In this document: in pieces, positions 1-10,582 of the stretch | Position numbering within the stretch: position 1 is the stretch's first letter | Layout of the letters: the number at the start of each line of letters is the position of its first letter | NCBI GenBank assembly: GCA_019695235.1 | Contig: JAIBAI010000004.1 | Span: forward strand, 23,111 to 87,110 | DNA from: Bacteroidia bacterium | Lineage (GTDB): Bacteria; Bacteroidota; Bacteroidia; M30B66 | Length of the DNA stretch: 64,000 nt | Direction of reading: 5' to 3' | Position numbers and translations under genes: made by a program | The notes under the pieces: generated by a model | The model's database searches: none | What the model was told of the DNA's origin: nothing | Seen by the model: the letters and a program-made list of their open reading frames with translations, nothing else

Positions 1-729
1 AACCCCTACCCAAAACTTGTCATCAAAGAGGAAGTGTGCATTGATATCAGCCTGAATAGGGGCCGCGGGCTGGTATTTTACCAGGAAAGAAGGTTTAAAC
101 TTCACACTTCCGGAGCTGTTCAAATCCCATACATAACCTCCGTTAATGAAGAAATGGCGTTTAAGACCGGCATCTGAATCGAGCTTATGGCGTGCATCAG
201 CAAAAAGCAGATTATGAGAAGATATGCCTAAATAACCGCGTTCAGTATAATAATACATCCCGAAGTTAAAGCGTGGAATCCACCAGCTCTGGTTTCCCTG
301 GTAGAGCGGGTCAGTCATATCAACATTTTCAAGCCCTGAGGCATTAAATGTTTCATTTCTGATGCCGGCTCTGATACCAAAGGCAAGGCGATGACCTTTT
401 TCATTTACTTTAATATAGTAAGAGTAGTTGGCTGCAAGTTCATTGGTCGCCATAAGACCGATGCCATCATTGATAAACTGAAAGCCGAGCCCCATATTTT
501 TATCTTTGATAGGGCCATCAACGGCTAACATGTTTGAGCGGGGAGCTCCGGGGAAGCCCACCCACTGGCTGCGGTGCAAGGCGGTGGCTCCCCAATAATC
601 GTGACTACCTGCATAGGCCGGGTTAAGAAACAGACCGTTGAACATATACTGGCTAACCTGCAGCTCCTGCTGAGCAAAAGTGCTTAGTGAGAAAGCCAGT
701 ATACTGAGTACTGTAGCAATTTTTTTCAT
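1..729 (-). CDS. PorP/SprF-family type IX secretion system outer-membrane protein (C-terminal part lost at window edge)
   Basis: Minus-strand ORF runs off the window start, with ATG at 727-729. Translation begins MKKIATVLSILAFSLSTFAQQELQVSQYMFNGLFLNPAYAGSHDYWGATALHRSQW: a signal peptide followed by the SQYMFN...NPAYAG hallmark of PorP/SprF proteins. It lies 32 bp downstream of a T9SS type-B cargo gene, the canonical cargo-PorP arrangement. Confidence 0.8.
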   Translation of the reverse strand, partial: MKKIATVLSILAFSLSTFAQQELQVSQYMFNGLFLNPAYAGSHDYWGATALHRSQWVGFPGAPRSNMLAVDGPIKDKNMGLGFQFINDGIGLMATNELAANYSYYIKVNEKGHRLAFGIRAGIRNETFNASGLENVDMTDPLYQGNQSWWIPRFNFGMYYYTERGYLGISSHNLLFADARHKLDSDAGLKRHFFINGGYVWDLNSSGSVKFKPSFLVKYQPAAPIQADINAHFLFDDKFWVGV

Positions 730-761
730 CATTGTTGATTTAGTTTACAAGGGTATTACGG

Positions 762-3700
762 TTATTTTTCTCTTCTTATATCTATGAATCCTTCTATGAG
801 TTTGTTGTTATCATTCAGATCCACGACAATAAAATACGTACCATCCGGTAATAAGTTACCATCATTACTTACACCAGCCCAATTATTTACAAAATTTGTT
901 TGGCTATATACAATATTTCCCCAGCGATTAAAGATGGTAACCTTGTTTCCAGGGTAACCCTGAATACCTTTTATCACATAGAAATCATTGTATCCATCGC
1001 CGTTTGGTGTAAACCCGTTCGGTAATTTAATGTCTCCAGGCTCTTTCAGTTTAATTGAATCGGTAGCTATACAACCGAGCTGGTCGGTAACTGTTACAAC
1101 ATACATTCCTGCTTTTACACCATTCAAATCTTCGGTCGTGTCTGCTGAATTGGCCCATAAGTATGCAAACGGTGCTGTTCCTCCGTCAACAGTAAGGTCA
1201 ATAGAACCATCTTTTGCACCTTTCTTGGTGATGTTGTAATCGTCATAATGAACCGGGCTATAAAGACTCAGTTTAATTGCCGGACCTTCTTCGATCTCAA
1301 CCTGTGCAGTTGCAGTACATCCAACACTATTGGTACCGGTTACTTCATACTCACCTGCAGTAGTAATGGTAATACTTGCGCCCGATTGGCCGTCAGACCA
1401 TTGATAATCAACAAAACCTGTTGAAGCTGTCAGCGTAATTTCTTTACCTGAACCGGAGCAGATTACAGTATCACTTGTTGTAATAAACAGTGGTGAAACA
1501 GGCTTCACAGTAATTTCAACAGCCTCTGATAAAGAAGAGCAACCGAACTCATCAGTATAGCGCACTGTGTAGAACCCTGCGCTGTTGAGCAGGATATAGT
1601 TAGAAGTAAATCCTGACATGTGCGCTCCGTCTTGGTACCATTGGTTTCCGGCACTATAACTACTTGTAAGCGTAGCAGTTTGTCCTTCGCAGATGGCTAT
1701 CGGGCCGGAAGGGCTAATTACAGGTGGTTCTGGTTTGGATTTGGCAATCAGGTCAATGCTATCACGCATAACGCAACCGTTACTTGCTACTTCAAGAATG
1801 TATGTTCCGGCTTCACAGGCCTGAACGGTATCTCCTGAACTTGAACCTGCTGGAGTAATCCAGTTGATAGTACCATTGGCACTGTCGGCTTCAAGCGTGA
1901 TGCATTCACTTTCGCAAATAACATTTGCACCAGAAAGGTGAATAGCTGCAAACGGGTTTGCTTTAACACTCAGGGTAATGGTATTAGATGTTACCGGACA
2001 GGTACCACCGTATGCAACCTGGGTATAATCTCCGGCCTGGTTTACTTCAAGGTCTAATACATTCTCAGCAATAAGTTCCTGGTTGCGGTACCAGCGTACA
2101 AAGGTTCCAATGGTTGAGTGAATCACTACTGATTGACCGGCACAGACATCGAGACTTCCTTCAGTTGAAATCACAGGAGCCTGCGGAAGCGGATTTACAT
2201 TAATGCGCACCGTATCTGTATCAATACAACCATTAAGGTTGGTGGTAGTAAGGTAAACATCGGCATTATCAGAAGTCAATACTGTAACTGACGGGCCATT
2301 GGTAGCTCCCTGAATGGCAGATGCAGGCCCCCAAGCATAAACAGCACCTGGTACATTGGCAACACCAAGATTCACTGTATCAGCAGCACATACTGTACGG
2401 TCGGCACCTAAGTTGGCATCAATTACCGGCAGAATAGTGATGGTAATGGTGTCGGTATCAGCGCCACAGGCGTTTGTACCGGTCAAGGTATAGGTAGTAG
2501 TTACAGGAGGAGATGCTAAGGGATTAGCGATAATTGTACCTGTAAGGCCGATACTTGGGCTCCAGAGGTAATCAGAAGCACCGGTACCCTGGAACTGCAC
2601 AGTAATACCCTGGCAGGCAGTAGTGTCAGATCCGGCATTTACTACCGGAATGGTCATCACATTTACAGCCATTGTATCGGTAGCAACACATTCGAATTCG
2701 TTGGTAATGGAAACTGTATAGTTTCCGGATACTTTGGCAACGATAGTTTGTCCGGTTTCGCCGGTTGACCAAACATTACCTGTCTGATAACTTGAGCTTA
2801 GTGTAACACTATCTCCTGTACAGAAAGATACAGGGCCTGATGCGGAAATCACAGGGCTTACCGGCCTTGGATTTACATGAATAGACACAGAAGCATTAGG
2901 GAAACTTCCAAAGCAGGTAGGGTCTTCATCTTCAACTACTGATACCATAGAATAATTGGTTGAGTTTGCAGGATCAACCGAGAAGGTAAAGGTAGTATCG
3001 TTGTAAGCACCAATTGTGTTTACTGCAATTCCATCAGTATATTTAAAGGTAAAAGGAGCTGTTCCGGTAAGGGTGATAGTTAATTCAGCAAACTCCCCTT
3101 CGCAGATCGTATCACGGTCAGCTGAGATACTTGCTGTTGGTGCATCTGTATTATTGATGCTGGCAGAGCCGCTAACAACACAAGCGCCACTTGTAACCGT
3201 AACCTGATAACTTCCGGCAGGTACATTCATCAGGTCTCTGGTAGAAGCTGTAAATCCGTTAGGACCTGTCCATGCGTATGTGTTTGGGTCCGGGTCTGGC
3301 GTTGAACCTCCTCCGGCAGGAATAACTGTCAATAGAATTGAACCAGTTACCTGGCCACAAAGGGCATCTGTAACGTTAAATGAAAGGCTTGGTTCATTGG
3401 TATTTACAACATTTACCGTCAAAGTAGCATTGCAATTATTTTCATCAGTTACAGTAAGTTCATAGCTACCAGCGGCTAAGTTGCTGATATCCTCAGAAGT
3501 GGCACTGAAACCAGCAGGACCTGTCCAGCTATAGGTATAAGCTCCTTCTCCACCGGTTACCGTTACATCAATAGCACCAAAGCTTTCACCACATTCGGTA
3601 TGGGTAGTATCGGTTAAGGCAATTGATGGGCCTGAAGCACTATTAATTGTAAAGGTAAATTCAGAAGAGCAGTTATTCGAGTCGGTGAGTGTAAGCGTAT

Positions 3701-6700
3701 AAGAACCACCGCAAAGATCTGTTCTGTCTTCTGAGGTAGCCAAATCATTCCAGAGGAAAGTATAAGGAGTTGTACCACCAGTTACATTAACATCTAATGC
3801 ACCGTTGCAGGCACCACAACTTGCATCTGTAACCAAAGCAGTAGCGGTTGGGCCTGCGATATTCAGAATTTCGAAGCTTCTTGTGGCTTCGCAACCTGCA
3901 TCATCTTTAATGGTTACCTCACAAACACCTGCTGGCATTTCGCTAATGTCTTCAGTAACTGCATCAACACATGACCAGGTAATTTCAAACGGACTTTGCC
4001 CGCCGGATATAGTCAAGTCAATGGCACCATTTTCAAGTCCGCAGGTAGCGTTGGTAACATGTCCGGCTATTGTAAATTGGTTTGAATTTTCAATAGTAAT
4101 TTCGAGTGAATCAGAACATTGACTGCCATCTGGTACCACTACAACTTTATAAGTTCCGGCAACGAGGCCAGTTTGGTCTTCTGCATTAAGGGCCACTCCC
4201 GTCCCAGACCAGGTATAGGTATAGGTTGCAAGCGGGCTCACTGTAATATCAATACTTCCTTCGGCATTTCCGCAGGTGGTATTTACTGAGGTGTGGCTAA
4301 TTTGAGGGGCATCAGTATTGGTAATGTTAAAGGTACCAGTTACTTCACATCCAGTTGAATCAGTTACTGTTACAGCGTATGTTCCGGAAGCAAGAGCACT
4401 GATATCCTGAGTAGTTTCATTACCAGGAGACCAGGTGTAGGTATAAGGTGCTTTTCCACCACTTACCTGCAAGTCAATTGAGCCGGTAGCATTAGCACAA
4501 GTAGTGTTAATTTGGGTGGCAGTCAATGAAGGTTTACCTGTATTCACCAGATTCGCAACACTGGTAATCTCGCATCCATTGGCATCAGTTACAGTGGCAG
4601 AATAGGCCCCTGCAGCAAGGTTTGTCTGGGTTGAAGTAGTATCTCCCATGTTGTGTGCCCATGAAAGGATGTAAGGTGCTACACCACCAGAAACACTTGC
4701 AGTAATTGCTCCATTATTGAGGCCACACGAAGGTTGAGTAATTGCAAAAGCAATTACAGGTGCATTTTCTGGTTGAACACATTGTTGCAAACTCACTTCA
4801 CAACCGGCCTCATCAGTTATCTTTGCATTGTAACAACCTGCCGGAAGGTTACTAATGTCTTCGGTGCTGGCAGCGAATCCGTTGGGACCTGTCCATGTAA
4901 CAGTATATGCAGGTGTTCCGCCGGTAATTTCAAGGTTGATAGCTCCTTCAGCCAATCCACAAGGAGTATTGGTAATTGTTCCATCTAATTGCGGAAGGTT
5001 TTCGTAGGCAAGAATCGCTGTATCTCTTACCACACAACCATTTGCATCAGTAGCGGTAACACGGTAGGTACCTGGCCCGAGATTACTTACATCTTCAGTA
5101 TTGGCAAATGTTACCTCATTTTTTCTCCATACATATATAATAGGAGAAGTCATTTCAAGAAGACTCAGGTCAATGTGCGCTGTATCGTGTCCACAATTTG
5201 GTTGCGTAAATATTAGGCTTGCAAGGGGAGGTAAGCTGGCAGCAACTTCAAACGTTTTGCGTGTTTCACAATTTTGTTCATCCCGAACAATAATTTCATA
5301 GAAGCCGGCATGGAGGTTCACCAAGTCTTCGGTGGTTTCATTACCTGGCAACCAGGTAACGGTAGGATTTACACCACCGGAAATGATTACATCAATTAAG
5401 CCATTGTTAAGGCCACAACGGGTATTTACAACAGTAGCAGTAACCTGGGGAGCATTTTCAAAAATAATTTCAGCGCCGCCAGTTACAGTACAGGTAGTTG
5501 TCGAATCATAAACTGTTACCTCATAAAGCCCAACCATCAGCGCGTTAATATTAGCTGAATCATTGGTATATCCATTGGGGCCAGTCCATTCAATCGCATA
5601 ATGGCCAGAGCCATTGTTAATTGTCATTTCAATTGCGCCGGCATTTTGGGCGCAGGCGCTTGGATGAGCAGTTATGTCTAATATAGGTTGATTTCCATAT
5701 ATAATTGTGATGCTTCCACTTGTTTTGCAAGTAGTATCAGCTGCATCTTTTACTACCACGCTGTAAGTTCCAATGGCAAGTGTATCAATATCTTCGGTAG
5801 TTTCTCCATTTGACCATTCATACAGGTAAGTACCAGAACCTCCAGTAACAGTGAGGTCAATAGCGCCATCTGTGTTACCACAGGTTGCATCGATTTTGTT
5901 GAAAGTTAACCCTGGTTTTACTGCTGGTTGAATTGTTGCTACTACGGTAGTTGAACATTGGGCAGCACCAGTAATTTTCACGGTATATGTTCCGGCAGGC
6001 AGATTTACTGCATCTTCGGTAATGGTTTGCGTGTTTGGAGTCCACTCATAGGTAAATGGTGCTTGTCCGCCATCAACTGTAATATTTATTGAGCCTCCAT
6101 TCGGATTACCGCAGGTTGGATTAGTTACCTGGGCTGTAGCAGTAAATTCATTTTCGTTGATAATCGTAGCTGAAATCAGCACCTGACAATTGTTGTCGTC
6201 ACGAATTGTATCGGTGTAGGTTCCGGCAGGAAGCCCTGAGATATCTTCTGTAGTTGCGCCGTTGCTCCAGCTATGTGTGATTGTACCTGTTCCACCGGTA
6301 ACATTCAAATCAATAGATCCGAGTGACTGCGCACAGAGCGTATGGGTAATGGTATTTACAGTTGCAACCGGGGCGCCTTCATTTACTATAGTAGCTGAGG
6401 CGCTTGCAGTACAAGCAGTAGTTGAATCATAAACGGTAACTGTATATGTTCCGGCCGATAGTCCGCTACGGTTTTGGGTAATTGCATTGTCGTTCCACAA
6501 GAAGCTAAAAGGCCCTGTTGAACCAGTAATTGTCAGGGTTAATTCACCATTGGAAGTTCCGCAGGTTGCATTGGTGGGGACCATGCCCAACACCGGTTGA
6601 TTGGTATTGATAACTGTAAATGTTTTTGTGGCTTTACAACCTTGTTGGTCAGTGGCAGTAAGGGTATAAGAACCAGCGGGGATATTCTGAAGCTCAGACG

Positions 6701-8309
6701 TGTTTCCGCCTGGTGCTGACCAGCTATATGTATATGTAGGCACTCCACCTGTAACGTTTGTTGCAACCCCGCCAGTGCTGTCGCCACACAAAGTATTGGT
6801 AACATCACCTGTAATAGCAGGAGCTTCAAGGGTATTCACAGTGCTGGTGCTGGTAGCCTGGCATGGGCCGGCAGGAGAGGTATATCTTACAGTATAAGAA
6901 GCAAGTGCTGTTGCTCCAGAAATGACACCGGTAACCGGATTGATAGTTGCTGCATCGCCAGGTGCAACATCAAAAGCATAAGTTCCACCGCTTACGAATC
7001 CGGGTGCTCCAACTGGTGCTGTTGAAGGGGCATTGGCACAGAAAGGATGGATGGTAAAGGCTACCACATCCGAATCATTCACAGTAAACGATGTGTTGGA
7101 AGATGCTTCGCAATTAGGCCCTTGTACGGTATATTTTACAGTGTATGTAACACCGGTAAGTGCTCCGGTAACAACTCCTGTTGAAGGGTTAACCGTAGCG
7201 CCATCACCTGGTACTGGCTCAAATTCAAACAGACCACCACCCAAGAAACCGGGTGCTGGAATAGGGGGCTGTGAGGGTGAGCCACAGAAAGGGTTATAGG
7301 AGAACGCAGTTACCGGAGGAGGTGCCGTTTCAATGGTAACAATACCGGAGTTTCCGTTAGAGCCGCAATTGGTTGGGAAGTTATCAGTAAGACCTATTAC
7401 TGAATAGATTCCAGGAAGTGAAGTATAGAAGCGGTAAATATGATCATTCCCAAAAGGTTCACCTACGTCGTTAAATGATAAAACAGAACCTAATCCGTCA
7501 AAAGTGTAAAAGAGGTCATAGGGAGGCTCGCCACCCTGCACAATGATTGCCAATTGGGCGGAGTCGCCTTCACAGATGGTAACAGTAGTATCTGCCGTAG
7601 TAACAATGGTATCGTTGGCCGAATATGCAAGGAATGTGAAGATGGGGGTATTTACATTGATACAAACAGGTACTGAGGAGGTAGTACATCCGTTAGGTGC
7701 GGTTAACAATGTATAATAGCAACCTGAGGAAACCACACCAATAAATGGGTTGGTATTGGTTCCACCCGGATACCAAAGGTTCCCGGAAGGAGCACTTGAA
7801 GTAAGAAAGGTAGTGGCTGAACCGTAGCAGAAATCGGTTGGACCGTTTACAGTAACTGAAGGAATACCAGGGGCGATGTCGTTTTGAATAACCAAATCGG
7901 TGCCGTTATCGGTACCAATAACTGCCGGACTAGAGCTAACAACCCTGATACGGTAACCAGTACCAGCAGGTGATGAAATAAGGCCAAAGATAAATGGAGG
8001 CACCTCGGTTCCAGGGCCTGGTACTGAGCCAATCACTACCGGATTAGCAAAACTACCGCTGGCATCTGAAAGCTCGGCAGTAAAGATATTGTCATTGTTA
8101 AAGGTTCCGCTGGCTTCAAAGCGGATAACAACTGCTGAGTTGGGACAAAGAATTCCAGGGGTGGGAAGTGTATTAATTGCACCGTCCATCACCTTTGCAA
8201 TGTCTTGATTATCGGGGCTACCCAGTGCTGTCGCAGTAGCATTTAACGGGTTAAATGGCAAGCAGGCTGCAAGTAATCCAAACAAAACCAGACGGAAACA
8301 TTTTTTCAT
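762..8309 (-). CDS. Giant SprB-repeat cell-surface adhesin (2515 aa) with gliding-motility-associated / T9SS type-B C-terminal sorting domain
   Basis: N-terminal signal peptide (MKKCFRLVLFGLLAACLP). About 17 repeats match the SprB-repeat pattern (C.G..NG.I.L.VTGG..PYTY.W...G.T.EDISNLPAGTYTVTVTD..GC), and the C-terminal half contains Ig-like repeats. The extreme C-terminus (NGFTPNGDGYNDFYVIKGIQGYPGNKVTIFNRWGNIVY...GTYFIVVDL) matches the T9SS type-B gliding-motility CTD. Confidence 0.85.
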   Translation of the reverse strand: MKKCFRLVLFGLLAACLPFNPLNATATALGSPDNQDIAKVMDGAINTLPTPGILCPNSAVVIRFEASGTFNNDNIFTAELSDASGSFANPVVIGSVPGPGTEVPPFIFGLISSPAGTGYRIRVVSSSPAVIGTDNGTDLVIQNDIAPGIPSVTVNGPTDFCYGSATTFLTSSAPSGNLWYPGGTNTNPFIGVVSSGCYYTLLTAPNGCTTSSVPVCINVNTPIFTFLAYSANDTIVTTADTTVTICEGDSAQLAIIVQGGEPPYDLFYTFDGLGSVLSFNDVGEPFGNDHIYRFYTSLPGIYSVIGLTDNFPTNCGSNGNSGIVTIETAPPPVTAFSYNPFCGSPSQPPIPAPGFLGGGLFEFEPVPGDGATVNPSTGVVTGALTGVTYTVKYTVQGPNCEASSNTSFTVNDSDVVAFTIHPFCANAPSTAPVGAPGFVSGGTYAFDVAPGDAATINPVTGVISGATALASYTVRYTSPAGPCQATSTSTVNTLEAPAITGDVTNTLCGDSTGGVATNVTGGVPTYTYSWSAPGGNTSELQNIPAGSYTLTATDQQGCKATKTFTVINTNQPVLGMVPTNATCGTSNGELTLTITGSTGPFSFLWNDNAITQNRSGLSAGTYTVTVYDSTTACTASASATIVNEGAPVATVNTITHTLCAQSLGSIDLNVTGGTGTITHSWSNGATTEDISGLPAGTYTDTIRDDNNCQVLISATIINENEFTATAQVTNPTCGNPNGGSINITVDGGQAPFTYEWTPNTQTITEDAVNLPAGTYTVKITGAAQCSTTVVATIQPAVKPGLTFNKIDATCGNTDGAIDLTVTGGSGTYLYEWSNGETTEDIDTLAIGTYSVVVKDAADTTCKTSGSITIIYGNQPILDITAHPSACAQNAGAIEMTINNGSGHYAIEWTGPNGYTNDSANINALMVGLYEVTVYDSTTTCTVTGGAEIIFENAPQVTATVVNTRCGLNNGLIDVIISGGVNPTVTWLPGNETTEDLVNLHAGFYEIIVRDEQNCETRKTFEVAASLPPLASLIFTQPNCGHDTAHIDLSLLEMTSPIIYVWRKNEVTFANTEDVSNLGPGTYRVTATDANGCVVRDTAILAYENLPQLDGTITNTPCGLAEGAINLEITGGTPAYTVTWTGPNGFAASTEDISNLPAGCYNAKITDEAGCEVSLQQCVQPENAPVIAFAITQPSCGLNNGAITASVSGGVAPYILSWAHNMGDTTSTQTNLAAGAYSATVTDANGCEITSVANLVNTGKPSLTATQINTTCANATGSIDLQVSGGKAPYTYTWSPGNETTQDISALASGTYAVTVTDSTGCEVTGTFNITNTDAPQISHTSVNTTCGNAEGSIDITVSPLATYTYTWSGTGVALNAEDQTGLVAGTYKVVVVPDGSQCSDSLEITIENSNQFTIAGHVTNATCGLENGAIDLTISGGQSPFEITWSCVDAVTEDISEMPAGVCEVTIKDDAGCEATRSFEILNIAGPTATALVTDASCGACNGALDVNVTGGTTPYTFLWNDLATSEDRTDLCGGSYTLTLTDSNNCSSEFTFTINSASGPSIALTDTTHTECGESFGAIDVTVTGGEGAYTYSWTGPAGFSATSEDISNLAAGSYELTVTDENNCNATLTVNVVNTNEPSLSFNVTDALCGQVTGSILLTVIPAGGGSTPDPDPNTYAWTGPNGFTASTRDLMNVPAGSYQVTVTSGACVVSGSASINNTDAPTASISADRDTICEGEFAELTITLTGTAPFTFKYTDGIAVNTIGAYNDTTFTFSVDPANSTNYSMVSVVEDEDPTCFGSFPNASVSIHVNPRPVSPVISASGPVSFCTGDSVTLSSSYQTGNVWSTGETGQTIVAKVSGNYTVSITNEFECVATDTMAVNVMTIPVVNAGSDTTACQGITVQFQGTGASDYLWSPSIGLTGTIIANPLASPPVTTTYTLTGTNACGADTDTITITILPVIDANLGADRTVCAADTVNLGVANVPGAVYAWGPASAIQGATNGPSVTVLTSDNADVYLTTTNLNGCIDTDTVRINVNPLPQAPVISTEGSLDVCAGQSVVIHSTIGTFVRWYRNQELIAENVLDLEVNQAGDYTQVAYGGTCPVTSNTITLSVKANPFAAIHLSGANVICESECITLEADSANGTINWITPAGSSSGDTVQACEAGTYILEVASNGCVMRDSIDLIAKSKPEPPVISPSGPIAICEGQTATLTSSYSAGNQWYQDGAHMSGFTSNYILLNSAGFYTVRYTDEFGCSSLSEAVEITVKPVSPLFITTSDTVICSGSGKEITLTASTGFVDYQWSDGQSGASITITTAGEYEVTGTNSVGCTATAQVEIEEGPAIKLSLYSPVHYDDYNITKKGAKDGSIDLTVDGGTAPFAYLWANSADTTEDLNGVKAGMYVVTVTDQLGCIATDSIKLKEPGDIKLPNGFTPNGDGYNDFYVIKGIQGYPGNKVTIFNRWGNIVYSQTNFVNNWAGVSNDGNLLPDGTYFIVVDLNDNNKLIEGFIDIRREK
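3380..6830 (-). repeat. Intragenic array of ~17 degenerate tandem SprB-type repeats (~65-70 aa / ~200 nt each)
   Basis: Repeated protein motif with a conserved Cys pair and conserved GG/PYTY/W/EDI/AGTY/TD positions. Repeats are divergent at the nucleotide level. Boundaries are approximate. Confidence 0.7.
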
Positions 8310-8508
8310 ACGTTGATGTTTAATGCAAGTGGCAAAAGTAATAGTTCTAACTTCTTAATTGGTTCAAAAACCGCTTCAAATTTCGTTTTATTGCCATCTT
8401 TGACAAATGACTTTATGAACACTTTATACACCGTGTTTTGAACAATTTGCATTTACTTGCAATTTACTTTAACATTATACCGGGCTAAAATAAATGAAAT
8501 TATGAGTT

Positions 8509-8778
8509 ATGGAAAATAAAGAAATACCTTTTCCAGTATTTCGGAAATATGCCGATGGTCGCACCTATTTTAAAATCGAATCAACAAGCAGCTTTGTCGA
8601 GCTAAGGCAAATGGGACGATTTTATAGTTTTCTAAGCTATAATGCCCAGAACTATGGCGACCATTTGATGATAAATGATATGATACATTTAAGCCTTCCG
8701 CAGTATTTGCCAAGTACTGCTGATGAATTTCAAAGCACATTGGAGCTTTGGGAAAGTAAATTCATTCTGGCAAATTAG
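8509..8778 (+). CDS. hypothetical small protein (89 aa)
   Basis: Isolated ORF between two minus-strand genes. It has no recognisable motif and lower GC than its neighbours. It could be a real small gene or a spurious ORF. Confidence 0.3.
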   Translation: MENKEIPFPVFRKYADGRTYFKIESTSSFVELRQMGRFYSFLSYNAQNYGDHLMINDMIHLSLPQYLPSTADEFQSTLELWESKFILAN

Positions 8779-8788
8779 CCTGGATGTT

Positions 8789-9928
8789 CTATAAATATTG
8801 TTCCTTTTTGAATACAGGGTTTGCATATATCTGTAAAAGAAAAGGTTTTATTTCTTCTTTTTCTGGCCAGTTGGCAAGTTCCTGCGTGACGTATGATTGA
8901 AAATTGCTGAATGCTTTCTGCGAATAATATGCCGGGTATTTACTTTGCCCCTGCAATAAATCTGCAGCGATATAATGATTGGCATACAATGTCGTATTAC
9001 TATGTATTTGCCTGTCAATCAATGCTGCCACGCTTTTTAGAGCATCATTCCGGCTTTTACCTTCAAAACTTTCATGAAGTTCATGTAAGCTCAACGGGCT
9101 GCCGAAATTAAAATTTACTGCCCCTTTCGGTTGTAACATACCTGTTTTCATGCTTATTAGGTCTTCGCCGGGGCTTTTTTGATAAGTTCCGCTTGTGTGC
9201 CGGATGTACATTTCGCGTGCTTTAAGCCCTGCACAAGGTTCAAATTCATAAGTAATACTCAGGGGCAGGATGTTTAATTCAAAAAAACCATCAGGTCCGT
9301 CTGCTGCTGACATACTCAGCATCTTCAATAAGCCGGGCTGGGTAAAATCGTTGCCATCCTTGGTTCGCCCTTCCCGCTGGGCAATCCAGACCGATTGTTT
9401 GTCTTTAAGAATTGATTTTCGAATGTAAGCTGAAACCCTTGCTGAATATTCATAGGCTTGCCTTGCTGCAACATCACGGTGTACGATGAAATTTTTGTTG
9501 AGCCGCACCAACATCTCAATCCATTTTCTTTGCAGCAGGTTGTTACCGATAGCTATTCTGGTAGTTGGAAAGTGATGTCGGAATAGTTCGTAATTCAGAA
9601 ACGCAGAGTCTAATACAATATCCCGATGGTTTGAAATAATAAGGAAAGGGATTCCGGCACTAAATTGCTCAATACCAATTGTTTGCACCTCGCCTCTCAC
9701 AGAAGCTCGAATGATATTTTTCAAAACAGGCGCAATAATGCCAGCCTGAAAATCTTCGATGCTGCGCATAGAAAGCAATTGTTGCTTTAGCTTCTCTGTA
9801 CCAGCGCCCGGCAGTACAAATTGCAATGCAGCTAGAAAGTTTTCCTCCTGAATTAATTCAGCAATGACTGATTGTACCTCATGGTCGTCATAGGGGCGAA
9901 TTGGGTCAAATGAATATTGATTTTCCAT
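8789..9928 (-). CDS. acyltransferase-family protein (PlsC/GPAT-like lysophospholipid/glycerol acyltransferase)
   Basis: 379 aa. Contains IISNHRDIVLDSAF, which resembles the PlsC-family H(X)nD catalytic block. The spacing is HX5D rather than the canonical HX4D, which is why the family call stays tentative. Tightly packed with a deacetylase and a DUF2723 membrane protein. Confidence 0.55.
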   Translation of the reverse strand: MENQYSFDPIRPYDDHEVQSVIAELIQEENFLAALQFVLPGAGTEKLKQQLLSMRSIEDFQAGIIAPVLKNIIRASVRGEVQTIGIEQFSAGIPFLIISNHRDIVLDSAFLNYELFRHHFPTTRIAIGNNLLQRKWIEMLVRLNKNFIVHRDVAARQAYEYSARVSAYIRKSILKDKQSVWIAQREGRTKDGNDFTQPGLLKMLSMSAADGPDGFFELNILPLSITYEFEPCAGLKAREMYIRHTSGTYQKSPGEDLISMKTGMLQPKGAVNFNFGSPLSLHELHESFEGKSRNDALKSVAALIDRQIHSNTTLYANHYIAADLLQGQSKYPAYYSQKAFSNFQSYVTQELANWPEKEEIKPFLLQIYANPVFKKEQYL

Positions 9929-9934
9929 AAGGAA

Positions 9935-10576
9935 TTACATAATTGCACGGTCTGGTTCAAATTCTTCCAGGGTAGCAAAATGGTATTTTTTCTTTAGTTC
10001 GTCAATGATTTCTTCCAGAATGGGTAAAACATTTTTTGATGCTTTAACAGAATCATGAAAAACAATAACAGAGCCATTCCGGCAGTTATTCAACACATTT
10101 GCCTTGCATTGATTTGCAGTCAGACGCTGGTCATAGTCCATTGCCAGTACGTCCCACATGACAATCTGAAAATTTTGCCTTTTTATTTCCCTGTACTGGC
10201 TTCGTTTCATTTTACCATATGGCGGCCTAAAAAGTTTGCTTTTTACATATTCAGCACATTGCTGCACTTCGGTCAGGTAGGCCGACACATCTGATTTCAG
10301 TCCGTTTTTATGGTGAAAAGTATGGTTGCCCACACAATGGCCCTGCTCAAGCAATTGTTTGAAAAGCCCGGGGTATTTCCGTACGTTATCCCCGATGCAA
10401 AAGAATGTAGCTTTCACATCACACTTTTGCAATATACTCAGTACCTGTGGGGTAATATCAGGTATGGGGCCATCATCAAATGTGAGATAAATCTGCGCCT
10501 TATTTTTATCGCCCCGCCACAAGGCCTTAGGGTAAATAAGGCGCATCCATGGCGGGGGGCAGACCAGAAAACTCAC
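9935..10576 (-). CDS. polysaccharide deacetylase (NodB-homology, CE4) family protein
   Basis: The TFDDGP motif (YLTFDDGP) and His-containing motifs (GNHTFHH) are typical of NodB-type deacetylases. 6-bp gaps to the genes on each side suggest an operon. Confidence 0.8.
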   Translation of the reverse strand: MSFLVCPPPWMRLIYPKALWRGDKNKAQIYLTFDDGPIPDITPQVLSILQKCDVKATFFCIGDNVRKYPGLFKQLLEQGHCVGNHTFHHKNGLKSDVSAYLTEVQQCAEYVKSKLFRPPYGKMKRSQYREIKRQNFQIVMWDVLAMDYDQRLTANQCKANVLNNCRNGSVIVFHDSVKASKNVLPILEEIIDELKKKYHFATLEEFEPDRAIM

Positions 10577-10582
10577 ATCTTA

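Noticed and set aside
988-8032. Numerous 60-105-aa ORFs on the plus strand (e.g. 988-1239, 3805-4122, 4734-5301, 7033-7299) inside the giant minus-strand adhesin gene
   Set aside because: These are shadow ORFs in alternative frames of a single continuous 2515-codon gene that has a clear domain structure. None has a recognisable motif.
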